Below are positions 26,586-41,182 of a stretch of 64,000 nucleotides of DNA, piece after piece. A program made the position numbers and the translations under genes. The stretch comes from Glycera tridactyla (lineage: Eukaryota). The number at the start of each line of letters is the position of its first letter. Positions within the stretch are counted from its first letter, which is position 1. Below the pieces are notes generated by a model. The model was given only the letters and a program-made list of their open reading frames with translations. It was not told where the DNA came from and did not search any database. The stretch is taken from NCBI GenBank assembly GCA_965644265.1, contig OZ286463.1:99510001-99574000 (forward strand), in the 5' to 3' direction.

Positions 26586-29500
26586 TGCACCAGTCAAGGT
26601 TTGATTCATTTGTTTGTATCCCTTGTTCACAGAATTTGGCGAATGCGTTTTTGCGGTATATGGTGTTTTTCTATCATCTCCTTCTTGAAGGATAGGGAAA
26701 ATAACGGCCAAAGCTCAATTTTTTGCTGATATGCATTGTTCTTGAAGAGAGTGAATGTGGATGTCAGAATCTAGTATATCTGGTTGATCACAATACTCAT
26801 TTAATGAAGTGAATGTTAATGTTGAAGATGGGCGTATCTGCATATATGCCTTGATTGGGTATTCTCGGACAAGCGTTGTGCATGGATGAAGCTGGATGTA
26901 ACTGTCAAATTCCAGCGTGTTGGTTTGTTATGCATGTAAGTGGAAGAAGGTGTGATATATCCTTGTGTTCATGGATGGGTACGGCACAGGGGATTGTAGG
27001 AATGTGAGCAGCCCCTCTGTGATCTACTTTCCCGGTGTTCACTAGCGTGCCCTCACTGATTAACGACAGGGGAGTAATGGGTGAGTTGCCTTTATCATTA
27101 TTCAAATTGTAACCGACAGCCAATGTGCGCTGCATAATGGCTTCCCATAATAGAGTGTACGGATGTAACCTTCGAACAGTCAACCTAACTCATTCGTTCA
27201 ATTTTTTTCTTCACACTTCTCATCTTTTTCAACAGGTCCGAACTAGAAAGTGATGTCTTTATCATAAATTTCAAAAATGCATTTCCGTGAAGATTAACAT
27301 CAGTAGGGTGATCGAATGAAATCATCGTCACTGAATTTCAAAAAGTGTATCTTTTGAGATGATTGATTATACTTCGTTTCAAATAATCATACCATGCGTA
27401 TGGCCCTTCTCGATACCAAAATTGCAATGCCATCTTTGGTATGCAGATAAGGTATGATGAAATGTATTTCACGAATACAAATTCTGTTTCGTGGATAAAC
27501 AGCGAAGTCCGTGGCTTCATCTCTCTATAATATTTCATATCATTTTCAGCAATGGGACCTTGCCACGATCCACGGATTCGTTTTCCTGACTGCCTAACAC
27601 ATTGTATGTAACATATCCGACGGAATTATTTAAGTAGAACCCACATTGACACGTCGGATCATCAGGTATTGATACACCATCTGCCCAATTGATCAGTCAT
27701 GAAAATCGGTGATGTAGCTTCTCTCACCCACCTTGCAGAAGCCAATACAAATGGGGATGTCTTGCTTGAATATCAACGCTGAGCAATTGGATGCCAGGAA
27801 GACGTAACTATGCATTCCGAGTAATTGGATTTCTTCTGTTGAAACTAATTAGAACTGTTCATGCTGATATAAACTGACATCTCAATTGTCTCAATAAAAA
27901 ATCAGTATGCAGGGTTGAACGAGCTTTCATGAAAGGATGTGTAGAATTAGCAACAACATTCCAAATCCGCTCATCGCATTGTGCGCATTTCATCAGGACA
28001 GGCATCTTTGTCCATGTTCGTCGTCCCTCTTTCTTCTCTTTCTCTGTCTCTATCCCTGTCTCTCTCCCCCCGCTTTCTGTGCCTCTTTTCCTATATCTCT
28101 CTCCCTCCCCTGATCTTTTAACGAAGAACACTCCCATTTCCGCTCCACATTCAAAGATATATTTGAGCACTCCGATTCATATGACTGAATTCGTATTTAG
28201 CTGCGTTGAGGGTCCTATTACTGGGATGGATTAAGCTGATTCTGTGTAATTGCATATCAGTGATGCATCTTCTGTGAAGGTGTGTTGATATACAGTGAAA
28301 GGATATCACAGTTCAACAAAGATTCATATCTCACTGTTGGGTCAACATGTGCCCTGACCGGTCAATCATAATTTCCAGATAGCTATCACCATTGTCTTGG
28401 TGCGATGTCAACAGATACGAGATATCTAGTGAGCTTCAATCATCCAAACCCAGACTTATATGCGACTACCTTGATATGCAAGATCCGACTAAAGATCTAC
28501 CTGAAACAATATACATAGAGGAATTGACGTTATATCAAATGTCGATGATTGCCGATTTCATGCAAGGACAGATTCATATATGGCATTTCCAGAATACCAT
28601 TGGATGACATCGATGGGATGAGATACAAGTTTAGCAAAAAGGCGACATCCCGTGAATCTCTGAGATGAATACTCCTGGTCGGCAAAATCTACTCTCAAGT
28701 GAACTCAATTTTTGGGTTGACATGTGATTCACATATCTCGTACGTACAAGAGACACCGTTAAATGCTGGGAAGGTGAATGGACATCTTCATCATCACTAG
28801 CTGTATACCTATGGAGACATTGGTATCATAGTTTTTGCCATGTTTTAAATGGACCAATTAGAAGATGAAATCCGTGATCTCTGGCACAGACATTAGCGGC
28901 CATCTTGGATTTCTCAGAAAGCTCGAAGGTGAGATATCCAATTACTGATAATAATTTGCCACATTCTGTTTCTAGGCACAAATAGAGAAACAGAATGCAA
29001 CATTTCAACAGCTGCGTGTGAACGAAAGGAATCGTGTCTACATCAATGTGTAGGTCACAGTTGGTGTATTGTGCTTGTCTTTGCTGGGCCACACTTTCAA
29101 CCATGGTGAAGTACAGACTACGAGCTGGATCTATTTCTTTTAGAAGCTGCTACAACAACATTCTGAAGCTGGGCCCTCTCCAGACTAAAAGCAGACCAAC
29201 AACTGGATACCCAGCTGATCAAGCAATTTCGTTCTTATCTAATCACTGCAATTCCTAATAATTATAATTCACGCATGATTCTGTCAGCTCGGCATTGAGT
29301 TGAAATCAGGGTAAACTTTAATCAAGACATCGTATCATTTAGCATTTAGATTGAGATTATTCCTATCGATTAGTGACATTTATTATTAGATTATCGCCGA
29401 TAGATCGCCAATTTAAGATCATCCGTCATATTAGTTGATGTGAAACCTATTTCATCCATCGAAAAAGGGTTTATCTTGTGATCCGCTGAAGCGGTTGTGA

Positions 29501-31329
29501 AGTTCTAATCCACACCAGTGTTAACCAGCTTATATTCAGTTAACCTGCGGAATCGAATTGAGACAAAATTGAAAAAACATACTTTGAATTATTTCCTCGC
29601 TCTACATGATGCTGCTTCACTGCTTAGGGGAATGCAAGAGCTCGAGTGTGAAATGTCCTTTTCGATGATTGAATGCATCCTAGAGAGAGTTAACTCCACT
29701 AATGATGTTGTGGAAAACTTCAAATGCCATCGGGACATGGTATTAGTTTTCTGAACGGTACCTCATTTGGCAAACATTACCATTATTATTCAGCGCCTGT
29801 TAATTCTAGATAAGACACTATGGAAATTGCCATGTTGGTTGATGTTGTGCCACGTTGGTCGTCAAATCTCTCTCTCGATAATAGGATCTGAACATGCACT
29901 AACAAACCCACCATACACGTCTTTCCCCTCATAACCAACAAGCGGACGGAGTGTCTCCCCTCATGAAGATCAACCACGATTTTTTCATATGTTCCGGTAC
30001 ATTTTCTGACAGCGAAGGTATTTTTCATTCTCTGTGATCTAGTATTGATGGATGCCCCTTTGATGATACCTGACATGTACACATATGTAGAATCAAAATA
30101 TTTGGATTTTGCATATGGCCAGATCTGAAGTGAAACGATATGAATTTCGATTCAATCCTTTTTTGGGCATCATGTTGCATACACCAGTCTTGATTCATCA
30201 TTCTTCGATTAATGAACTCTCTGGCATGTGCTGACAATGACTTGAATCGTGTGAACAACTCAACTGAAAAAATATGATCATTCCATTCAGATGATACTAC
30301 CGCATATATCTCACATTTATATCTTCTAATCCAACATATTTCTTGCCAGTGATTGGCCATCGTGAATAATTGACTACAGAATCAGGGTTGTCTTTGTGTG
30401 ATAATGCAGTAATTCACTCATTGGGATGTTTCGCTCATTTCTTAGATCACAGCCAATGGTATGCCTGGTAGCCATAGGACCGAGCAGCCAAAATCCTCAC
30501 TGTGGCTACACAAGCAGTCGCCATCAATCACAATGGACCCCACACACAGGGGCTGAGCATATCATCTCCCACCACAGCCCCTTTTAAACACTCACTTCGA
30601 ACTCGAAGTCGAAAACGCAAGGAATCTAGACGCCAATGCCTTCACCAGATGTTCCATGAGCCAGTCAAATATCAACAAGGAGACTGATGCAGTGCGTGCT
30701 TATCAAACATGCTCTTTCATCGTGACAACTGGAGTGATGATTTACTATCTTTTTCTTTCTCGAATAAGCTGTAGACGCACTGGGAGTAGAATGAAGTCTA
30801 TGATATGAAGTGTTCCCCCCATTGCAGGGGCCATGAATTACTTCGTAGAATCTTGACTACTCGATCACAGTCATATCTGCTCTACATGGATATCCCCTGT
30901 CACACATAAATTGACTAATATTTCTTAAAGAATTTCTTCTCACGTTTTCATCCTACGCTCCTGTATTATGTATGATATTATGGAGAAATATGTTTGCATC
31001 CTCAGACTCGACAGATGATTCGGAAAAAGTAATAAACTAAGAATAATGTGAATTCGTGCATTGCAATGATCCAAGACAAGGAGTGTTTATTTTATTGATT
31101 AGAGGAAGCGAACAATTAATAGCAAGCTTACAGGAAGTGCGAGTCTGCAGCGAAGAGGAAACCTTTCACTAAAGTCGAATGCCTCCACAATCTGAGCATC
31201 AGCATATTGATTCAAACCCTACTCCAGCATCCGTATACATCTTAGTCCTTGATCTGTGCTACAGACAGGCCGGATGATATCTGCTATCAAGTATGTGTGC
31301 TTTGAAAAGAGTGTTACGGAGACTCAACG

Positions 31330-31530
31330 CTCACTCACTTCTTCTCTCACCATCTTTCTCTCCCTTTTCGCTACTAGTGTCTCTCTCCCTGTGTCTCTCT
31401 CCAGTCTCCCTCTCACACCTCTCCCTATCGCCTCTCTCTATACTGTCTCTCCATCTCTCCCCCGCCTCTCTTTCTCTCGCCCCCGCCCACACCTCTCTCT
31501 ATCGCCTCTCTCTATCTCTCCCTCTCTCTC
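31330..31530. repeat. Degenerate (CT)n polypyrimidine tract (a similar one lies at about 28020-28115)
   Basis: Seen directly; it explains the Ser/Leu/Pro-rich ORFs here. Confidence 0.85.
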
Positions 31531-34500
31531 GCTAACGGAAGCGAACATATATTTGCTTTGCAGACATTACCTAGCTCGAAATCATCCTACTACTACAGTT
31601 GAACCTGTCAATAGTGAAAGTCACGGATCAGATTTTTTATCTCACTGTAGACAGGATCCCACTGTGGACAGGATTCACTATAGCAGGTTTCACTGTGCAG
31701 TATATCAAAGTTTTCATCATCGCGTAATTGATGCTACTAAGAGAAGTCGTTAGAGGTCCAAATAAGTTGAGAGAATCGACAAAGTCCTATGTTTCCACCG
31801 TTTGTCCACGATGTGCCATATTTCACAGTCATCATATTCGGATCATTTTGCTGCAGCGGATGTGAGTAAGCTCGCTCTAAAGATGTGGTCCGAGATAACG
31901 GGAGAAAACATCAACACCACCAACAAAGACATATTAATTATTCCATGAGGTGATATCACTCGTAATACGCACCAAGGCCTGGCTCATTCAACTACTCACT
32001 TGTCACTAACAATCGGCACACAGAACAAAGATAACCTGCCAATAATAGCAGATCTTGCAGTGAGTTTCTTCTCTAGTATCTACAATCCGGGAGGTGCCTA
32101 TGAAGATGGAAACTTTGAGTAATAGGTTCCTTGTCCGTATATCACAGTGTGGAATCTATCTGTAGGATCATACAAATTGTAAAATGTCCAGCCAATCTGC
32201 CAAAAAAAAAGGACTGCTCTCATTCAAGCCAGTTTATTCCAAATACGTACATGAACCTCGTAACATCCTCGAATTATCTCTGAATTCGTCATGGTATGTT
32301 AGGTGAAGATTGAGAGTATGCATCGAGGAGCACTCTTCTCATTGATCAGTTGATGGGCATATACTATCTCTTTGTTTGTTTGATCCAACCGCATAGAAAC
32401 ATTTTGTATGACAAGATTGATCACTTGGTTCGGAAGGAACAGTGTGCTAAATGATCAGCGAGCATGTTGGGACGTACTCGAAGGTAGTTTGTCGTTGATA
32501 TGTTTGGCCATCACATTGCTCAAGTACTCACCACATGCCCTATAGCAGATTCACAGAATGTAGGAGACATAGGATCACATACAGATGAAGAATGATACAG
32601 AAACGTGCATCATAAGATATACTCATGAATTTAGGGAACATTGGCTTAATTCTTTTATATCAATGTATCTCCCAGAGTCAATCACTTTTTCTCTCTGTTG
32701 ATCCAGATATACTTTTTTTGAAATTGTTGGTACATGCTTCACCTGAGTGAACAATGGGAGCGGGCAAAGTGATGGATGAGCATAATCTTGAAAGCCAGAG
32801 TAGACAGGTATATGTCGAATCTGTCAATCATCTGTACAAATGAGCCAATAAATCAGGTTCAGGGGCAGATATACGGTCACGGTATTTTTTATGAGAGAAT
32901 CATCTCAACATGATGACAGAAATACACAGGTACTTTGATTGATTGAAATGCTTATTCCGACCATTCTTGTGGATCTGTCTTCAGATATGAGTGCCGCACA
33001 ATTTTCCAGTGAAAGAACAGAAGAGAGAGTTCTTGGTGAATAACGAAGCGGCTTGTTCCATAAATCCGTCTCTTGCATGTTTGACATCATCAATAATGTG
33101 GCTAGCGTATATGATGTCATCTACCGTCTGGTATCGCATGACGTGACCTTTAAATGCGTGAAGGTCTCCTCTGTTATTCTGAAGTGAGACGGGTCGAAAA
33201 TTCTGGATTCGAATGCAAGAGAAATCTTTTGCGACCTATAGGGAATATTATCGATTGACATAAACAATCCCTGTATCCTACGAGTTGATTATATGAATCT
33301 GCTATTGATGTGAAAACATTCAAGTAATATGATGGCCAATTCACACGGAATATAATTAGTGAAAATTGATGGAATAATTCTTACCTGGATTCACGGCATA
33401 ACTTACTAAGACGAGGCAGTTTAAACTGAGTACTATTAGAAAAGACCTTGACTTCATCTGCAACAGAAAACATATACGTGTTCAGAGTGATATCCACAAC
33501 ATATTGTGTGCATATAGCACTAACACGAATACAGATAACACTATATATCAGATCATCAAAAGAATCCGCCTTGATCCAGGTATTCGTTCACTACACCAAC
33601 CAATCGCATAGAAGACTTCGCTATTGTTTCATGAAAAAAACATTTTCTTCGAAAATAAGACAAGGGTTATACGATAGACATCCATATCTCTCATGATGGG
33701 CATTTCAGATCACCTCATAATGACACATCATGGGGTTCATGTGTGTGTATGACGGTGCCATTATTAACCACCATGAGGATGAAAAAATTACTGTCACATT
33801 GGAATGACATCTATTGGGAGGGAAGACATTTTCTGACCAGTGAATATCCAATTCACGGAAATACGATTGGTAACCCTTAATGGAACCGTATTATGTAGAA
33901 CACTCTTTCAGCAGCGACTGGTGATGTTGAGAAGCCGGAGCTCTGATTAAAATGGATTCTCTGTAACTTTGATAGGCTCATGTAATTAATCTGTATGCCA
34001 CAGAAATGGCTGCCATGACAACCAGACATATAGCCATTATGATAACATTTTTATTCGTATTCGTGAGCAGCAGTAGACAGGATGGCGTGATGTCAGTTTG
34101 GAGAACTCGTAATTGCGGCATTACCTGTGAATAATGGAAGTTTGTCTTAACTATGCTGAATCTCAATCCCGGCAGCTGTCAGAGTCGATTCACCTTTTAT
34201 GCCACATATTTTCAGCGAATTGAACTTCCTCAGCAACGATGTTAATGCGTCATTGAGAAAAAAACTCATTTGAAGTTGTTACTGATCTTGAAAGAAATTC
34301 ATCAGAATTTTCTACTTTCGCCAAGAATGATGGTCAGATTTAGCGTGAATGTTCGATCAGACCATTGTTGTCTGTTCATGTGAGGCATTTATGCTGGTGC
34401 AGACTCACGAAATCACGCCATGATGCCATGATCGAGGTCACAAGTTGACTGGCAATGTCGCACATTCGACGGCTATGTCACAGAAAACGAAATGTGTTAA

Positions 34501-37500
34501 GGGTCCGTAAGAGTGATGTATGTTGGGAGAGCACATCATCTAGCCTTCATCGGCCAGAAACACTCGGCATCATAATCCTACAGGCTGTTGAACCTCAATC
34601 GAACAAAATCCAGAACCGGAAAAGACTCGCTTTTATCACATAGGATTTCCCTCACAAACACTGGCAGAATCAACGGAACTCGAGAAGAGATATTGGCGAC
34701 AATATCCAGCATAAGAAGGGTCATTCATATTTTTCACCTTGATGCATATTTCGGAAAAGATACAAAAAGGTCAGCCGCCTTGAGATTTATGGAAATCTTG
34801 CACAATACCATCGAATATATGTATTGCGGAAGAAAGCTAAATGTATGATAAGATATGCACCACCTCGATTCCTAAAACCATAGCAATAATCTAATAACCC
34901 ATCTAATTATTCTCTCAACATGACTTTGGGCGAAATATGTAAATCCAGCTTGAATTTGCTTATGGAGGCACCCATTGCGCAATGACAGCCACAAAAGGAT
35001 TCGCCCTATTCTGTATGCCACTATGTTCATCACTCCCTCATTGGGGATATGATGCATTTGCTATCGATGCCATGCTGGACGGATATCAGGTGCATTGGAT
35101 TGAATGACCCGGTTGCATGATGGCAGGGAGAGTGGGAAACGGGCTGAATGACGATGACAGTGATAATGGCAATGATAATCACAAATGATCATGAATAGTA
35201 CATCTCTATCTGGACTGCATTCTTATAAGTCTGGCCAAGAAGTGAGTACATGCTACATATTTTCGTATAGGAATATGGCGAACATCTTTTGATGATGAAT
35301 ATGTGGGGCAGAATAGTGTCAGCATTACAGAAGCTGAAATAGCTGTAGAGAAGTGTCCAATCCCTTGAGTTGTGCCTGTCACGTCATTCAACTATGTTGA
35401 TATGGAAATCCAACGAGGAAACATATTTCTGATGGCGATACTCGAACATTCTCAACTTATTTTCTGGTCCTAACTCCCAACAAAGTAAGGCGGTTTTGTT
35501 GAGACAGTGAGTGAGTCTTCCAGCATATCGATCATTCCCCTGCCGAAAAACGACTCGAATTATCACACTCTTCCTGATGTCATGAACGTCTCAGTATAGC
35601 TTACGTGATATCATGCAATTTCCAACCAACACCGAACTAATGGTCCTCATGCAGAAGTGGCCTTCATAACATGCTAGTATGCATTCTATCAGGGGGTGCA
35701 AAACTCCTCGAAGAACCAACAACTCTGCGATATTACATATTGATGACATTCAAATATTGTATTTGCGTAAAGTTGGACTGGATTGCTTGGTGATTCTGTG
35801 GAGAGCAGTGAATATTGTGATGCAGTGGAGTGAAAATAGCATGTAGTAGGCTCTAACAACAGACATTGGCAGCATCAAGAGAGCCCTACACTCCACATTT
35901 ACGACAACAAAGATATTGGGAAGTGCCGTTGACAGCAGCCATTTTGTCGCTATGATGACTCGGAAATGGAAGTTGGGCGAGTCGAGACGTGCATCGATTT
36001 CTACAGTCAGATCAGCCTTTCATAATTCATAGACAAGCGCCTGACCAACCCATTTCTCTCTCCAATCCCTTAACCTGCTATGATATAGTTTGATTATATT
36101 CCGCCTTCGTCTTTCATTGTGCATCGAAAACGCCGACGATTGTGGAAATTTCCACAGTATCTCCCAACAATACCCATATACGATAACTCATACTTCCGGA
36201 AGCTTTCTCCGAAAATCGGCCAGGGATGGTTGTTTGAGAGAGAGATAGATGTATTAGATGAGTGGACGAAGAGATAGGCAGGAACGAGAATAGCTAGCAG
36301 AAGAGTGGATCGGAGAGATATAATGAGGGGAGGGCGTGAAAATGGAAGAACTAGATATTATATCCATAAATGATGACCATTTGATGAATATCTCGAGTCT
36401 CTGATAGAATCGCAAGCACGTTGTTATCAGGTAGTCATCTTACATGCTATGCAAAATTGAACCTATAAATGTCAGGATGGGAATATACATTCCTACTCAC
36501 TGTACATTGGCGTAAAGGTACAGAGAAGACAAATATGTGGCACATGCCTGGGAATGTAACACATGGGACCACTGCTGACGTCCCATACATCAAAGTAGTA
36601 TATTCCTTGTAGAGTTGTGTAGACGATGTCAGAATTCTATGCAGACTTCATATTCATTAATCATTGTATCCACTCTAGTGAGAGATACCGATATGTCTCA
36701 TGAACAAAACTTCTCAAACCTGAATTTGAGAGGCAATGTACGTATGAAGAACTTGGCATTCATATTCGAGGACTTCCGTAGCATGGGCGGTCTTGATATC
36801 ACCAATTTAGAAATATATATCTTGGCTACTTCATCAGGAAATGTCTATCAGATTAGAATCATCAACTCCAGGACTTGTACAGAAACTAAAATGTCATATT
36901 TTGTGTTCTCAAGCTTCCAACTCTCTGAAATACCGACTTCACCACATCGATATGAGCTGCCATATAACAATCGAATATAATCCCTTTGGATTCTTTTGAA
37001 TTGATATATCGAATGAGGGAATTTTGGACAGTCTGCTTAGTCTCACGGATACAATTTCTGATATTTTGACATCTTGTTTATGGAAAAGTGTTCGAACTTG
37101 CTGTCTGGATACACATTCAAACGCATATGCATCAGCATTTCCCTTGTACGAAGACGCATCTACATATCAGCATAATCGCACANNNNNNNNNNNNNNNNNN
37201 NNNNNNNNNNNNNNNNNNNNNNNNNNNNNNNNNNNNNNNNNNNNNNNNNNNNNNNNNNNNNNNNNNNNNNNNNNNNNNNNNNNNNNNNNNNNNNNNNNNN
37301 NNNNNNNNNNNNNNNNNNNNNNNNNNNNNNNNNNNNNNNNNNNNNNNNNNNNNNNNNNNNNNNNNNNNNNNNNNNNNNNNNNNNNNNNNNNNNNNCGTGG
37401 CATACATTCAGGTGGCGCATACAGATTAGTGACTACAGAGTGGCGTGCAGTGGACCATCGCTGTATGCACAATGTATCGCTCGGCTAGGCCATTGATTTC

Positions 37501-37701
37501 TAGGCTACATTCATTCATCCATCTTACAGCACACCCGACCTCCACAAGTCAATTAATCATGTCATTCATCTGCCAAGGCCAAAACTAACCTACATCATAT
37601 ATGTCTTCAACATGGGCAGTGTTTCATCATCCCAGTCAAACAAACATACCAAACTCGTATACGGATCGCAATGATTGTTCCCTGAAATATTGGAGTTTAC
37701 A

Positions 37702-37800
37702 GGTACAGCTTCATATTGAAATGAACTCTACAACGTATCTTGAGCATCTGAAGGATAGTTCTCGGTCATATTAGAGATTAAGGGTACAGCTTCATATTGA
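37702..37800. repeat. 18-bp direct repeat GGTACAGCTTCATATTGA flanking 63 bp
   Basis: Copies at 37702-37719 and 37783-37800. Confidence 0.85.
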
Positions 37801-40800
37801 CATTAAAATGATAATTGTGATGTCGTTCCACCGTCACCTGCCCCAGTCTCTCTTCCATTGTTCATCATGGGTATATTTGTCATTGCCTGGTACCGCTCTT
37901 GTTGGAGACGAGTATGTTTGTATCATTAATTGCATTCAGATGAGGTTCATCTCATGTGAGTACCATCCTAACACTTGTCTCATGATAACCTTTTCCAGCA
38001 AAACTAAGAGCTATTTTTCCCAGTCATCATGTCAAGGTAGCTCCGTCACTAACTGGCCATATTTATCTTTTGCTCGAAGATAAAAATGATGGAGAGAAAT
38101 CACATCAATTCTTTTAACGTGATGAATTTGAGAGGAACAGAAGTAGAAAAAATATAATGACATATTCGTTGTGAAAATATGATGATATATTTTTTATATC
38201 CCGGTTTTCTGTAAAGCCGATATTGGACAGAGGCTATACAGAAAACCGGGATATATCGAATCCTGGCTATTGAAAAGAAGTGGAATTGTAATGGTTCACT
38301 CAAGCAGTCTCCTGGGATGACAGCACTCACCACTTCCAAACTTCAGCATGTAGAATGGCCCTGACATCGGGAGTAAAGATGGTAATTGGATGGGGAATTT
38401 GACCCATATATCAGCCGCCGAAGTCGGTCTACAACTCATTCAGGACAAGTTATATACGTGGGGCTATGAGGACCCGGGTGTGGACTCCGTATCGGGAATC
38501 AATGTCACCCAGAGGAATTTATTAATCTCCTCGTTGCGACGTGTATGCATTGCCTATTCGATAGTGGATCATAGCGTCGCCAGTATACGGGTCGAATATT
38601 TTCTTGTGTAGACTATGAAAAACTCCAAACACTAGCGACTTCATGCATTGATGCACGGATACAATATTCATCGCTGTGGTTGAAATACATCCATTCCACC
38701 TATATGTCAACGCCTTGTAATCGTTGAGGGCGTCTCTCGTGAACCCCACATGGCAGCTGATCCATATCATTGAGCTGCGATCAATCAATCAATCCACTTG
38801 TGGCTCGTGGGCTTGCTGGAGACAGTGACAAAAATCAAGGGGAGATTGCCATAGTGTCCCACCCATTCAGCCACCCATACCGCCGATCAATGCTACCCTC
38901 CGTTGACTTTCTTGCATTCTGCCCGCTGTTTCGCTCAATCATTTCATTCCACCAAAGTGTTTTGATATCCATGATGAAAGACATGCTGATCAAAGCAATC
39001 ATGCTGGCTAAACTGTAATAATCTGAAACTTCGTGTGATTTTGGCGCCAATCAATATTCTTCATGGATTGTGTATCTTGATTCCCGAGCTGAAAATTTTG
39101 TTGATGACGTCTGAACAAGTTGAACTTCTCGTTAGAATCACATCATAAAGAGACCTGTTTCTGAGAAGAAACACGTCATGAGATATACTATATTCAAGTA
39201 AAAAAAAATGCAAAATATCCAACTCATTTCTGCTAGTTATGATCAGAGATTCCTCACATGTCATAATGTTTGGTCTCGGAGGAATATTTTTGAAACTCTC
39301 GAAACTCTTTTTCACTGACAATTTCTTTGTTGATGTAATTCCCATTTGAGAGATACATTGTTTCTAGAAGGAGAATTCAGGGATCGGCACAACTTCACAG
39401 CAGACTGTGTTATCGCGTGACTTTTTGGTATTGCTGGTGTAGAGTGACTCATAATTTAATTGGTTGATAATCGATAAATACAGAGCGAGTTAATTATAAC
39501 AACTATAGGAAGTCAATAGTCACGAACATGTATGGACGAAAAGTGTAGTTTTATTGACTCTATACCTACTTTCAGGGTGGAGATTATGCATATCTTAACC
39601 GCTTTTCCACTACTCAACTTATGAATAAGTGAATACCCTTCCCTGAATTCCTCGTAGTCTGATTAGTGGTTATACTAATCATTCAGAGCCATTTTCCATG
39701 CTTCTCGAACTGAATGCAAATTGTAGAACTTATCTTGACCGGCCATGCTGTCTTCAAAGTTATATATGCCATCTTGGATTAAATATAACTGATGTATATT
39801 TTGATGATTTGGGACAGCGTAGGTGAATTAATTTCCGTTGTTAAACATTCGTAAAGTGAGAGTGGTAAGACCAAACTGAAACCCATTCAAATTGGTACAG
39901 TGGATGCACAAAAACACTGCGGCATTCCCTTGAATGATATATCCTCTATAAATCAATCAATATATAAGTGAGTTACTGTTGCAGCCTGCTATTTAGTCAG
40001 ACAGTCAGACAGTGTTGTCCGTCCATCAGTTCGTCTGCCCGTCCGTCAATCACTCATACCCTCAATAAAACCATCATGGTGTGCATTCAAACAGCTATTC
40101 AGAGATCCTGAATACCCTGGAGACGGTGAGTGTTGATGCGACTGAAATCGAATATTCCAGTGAGTTCCCACAATGACCATGCAAAATTGATGTTCCTGAT
40201 GAAAGATTCAGCTAGTTCGAGCATCAACAACATGACCTATCACTATCCGCATGTGAGGATCTGACCAGTGTCACATACATACACGCTCGCCGTGACCGCC
40301 CCAGGAGATGGGTCGATCGATTCCTGCTTGTTCCATATCTGTCCCATGAATTATTGAGTCAAGGAAAGTCAGTTGGCGGTATGGATGACCTCCTGTGCCA
40401 TACTAATACATGCATCCGTATCGATGCGAATTCGGCGCGAAAATTAGCTTGAATGTCGGAAAGATGCTGAGGTCCTACCAGCAGCACTCACTCAATCACT
40501 CGATCACTCAATCAGACTGACTCAATCATTCAGTCACTCACTCTGTCTTAACCACTCACCCACAGACTCAACTGCTCCCTCTTCTCAACCTCTCATCTGA
40601 TATGAAGGAGCTCAGCTGTTTGTGATGAAGGGTTTTGGTGGAAGTTATGTGCAAGGCGGAGTCACATGGTCAGATGGATCGAGGGACGGAGGGATATATG
40701 AACATNNNNNNNNNNNNNNNNNNNNNNNNNNNNNNNNNNNNNNNNNNNNNNNNNNNNNNNNNNNNNNNNNNNNNNNNNNNNNNNNNNNNNNNNNNNNNNN

Positions 40801-41160
40801 NNNNNNNNNNNNNNNNNNNNNNNNNNNNNNNNNNNNNNNNNNNNNNNNNNNNNNNNNNATTGTGACAGATAGAGGGAGATCAGAAGACGAACAAAAAAGG
40901 AATACCTCGAAATAAAAGTCAATAATTGTTCATGTTTATAATTATCAATCACAAAGCCAACTGCGTCTGAATATATGAAACCTACATTGATCCGTAGGAA
41001 GTATGCTCAAATTGAAGTAGCAATTACCGGGAACACACTAACAACGGTGAAAGCGAATATCTAATAATAGGAATTATTGGATTCGGATCAGGAGAGTACG
41101 TGCATTGCTGAACTGTTATAGACCCACAAACATATTTGAAGTCATTAATCTTGTGCTTAC

Positions 41161-41182
41161 TTGGAGACAACCCCAAAGCGGG
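41161..41182 (-). CDS. Candidate 22-nt micro-exon upstream of the SOL-1-like CUB exon (PALGLSP+A)
   Basis: Minus strand reads tttgttgacttccag|CCC GCT TTG GGG TTG TCT CCA A|gtaagc. Its phase-1 end joins the CUB exon in frame to give PALGLSPTCECVVY. This resembles a signal-peptide cleavage region followed by the (V)NPGC.C start I recall for insect SOL-1. The assignment is inferred. Confidence 0.35.

Noticed and set aside
28379-28607. CUB-like fragments (YLVSFNHPNPDLY..C; CDYLDMQD)
   Set aside because: The motifs lie in different frames with stops. The same applies to the FIFEDF..LEIY stretch in ORF 36615-36980; this is probably pattern-matching bias.
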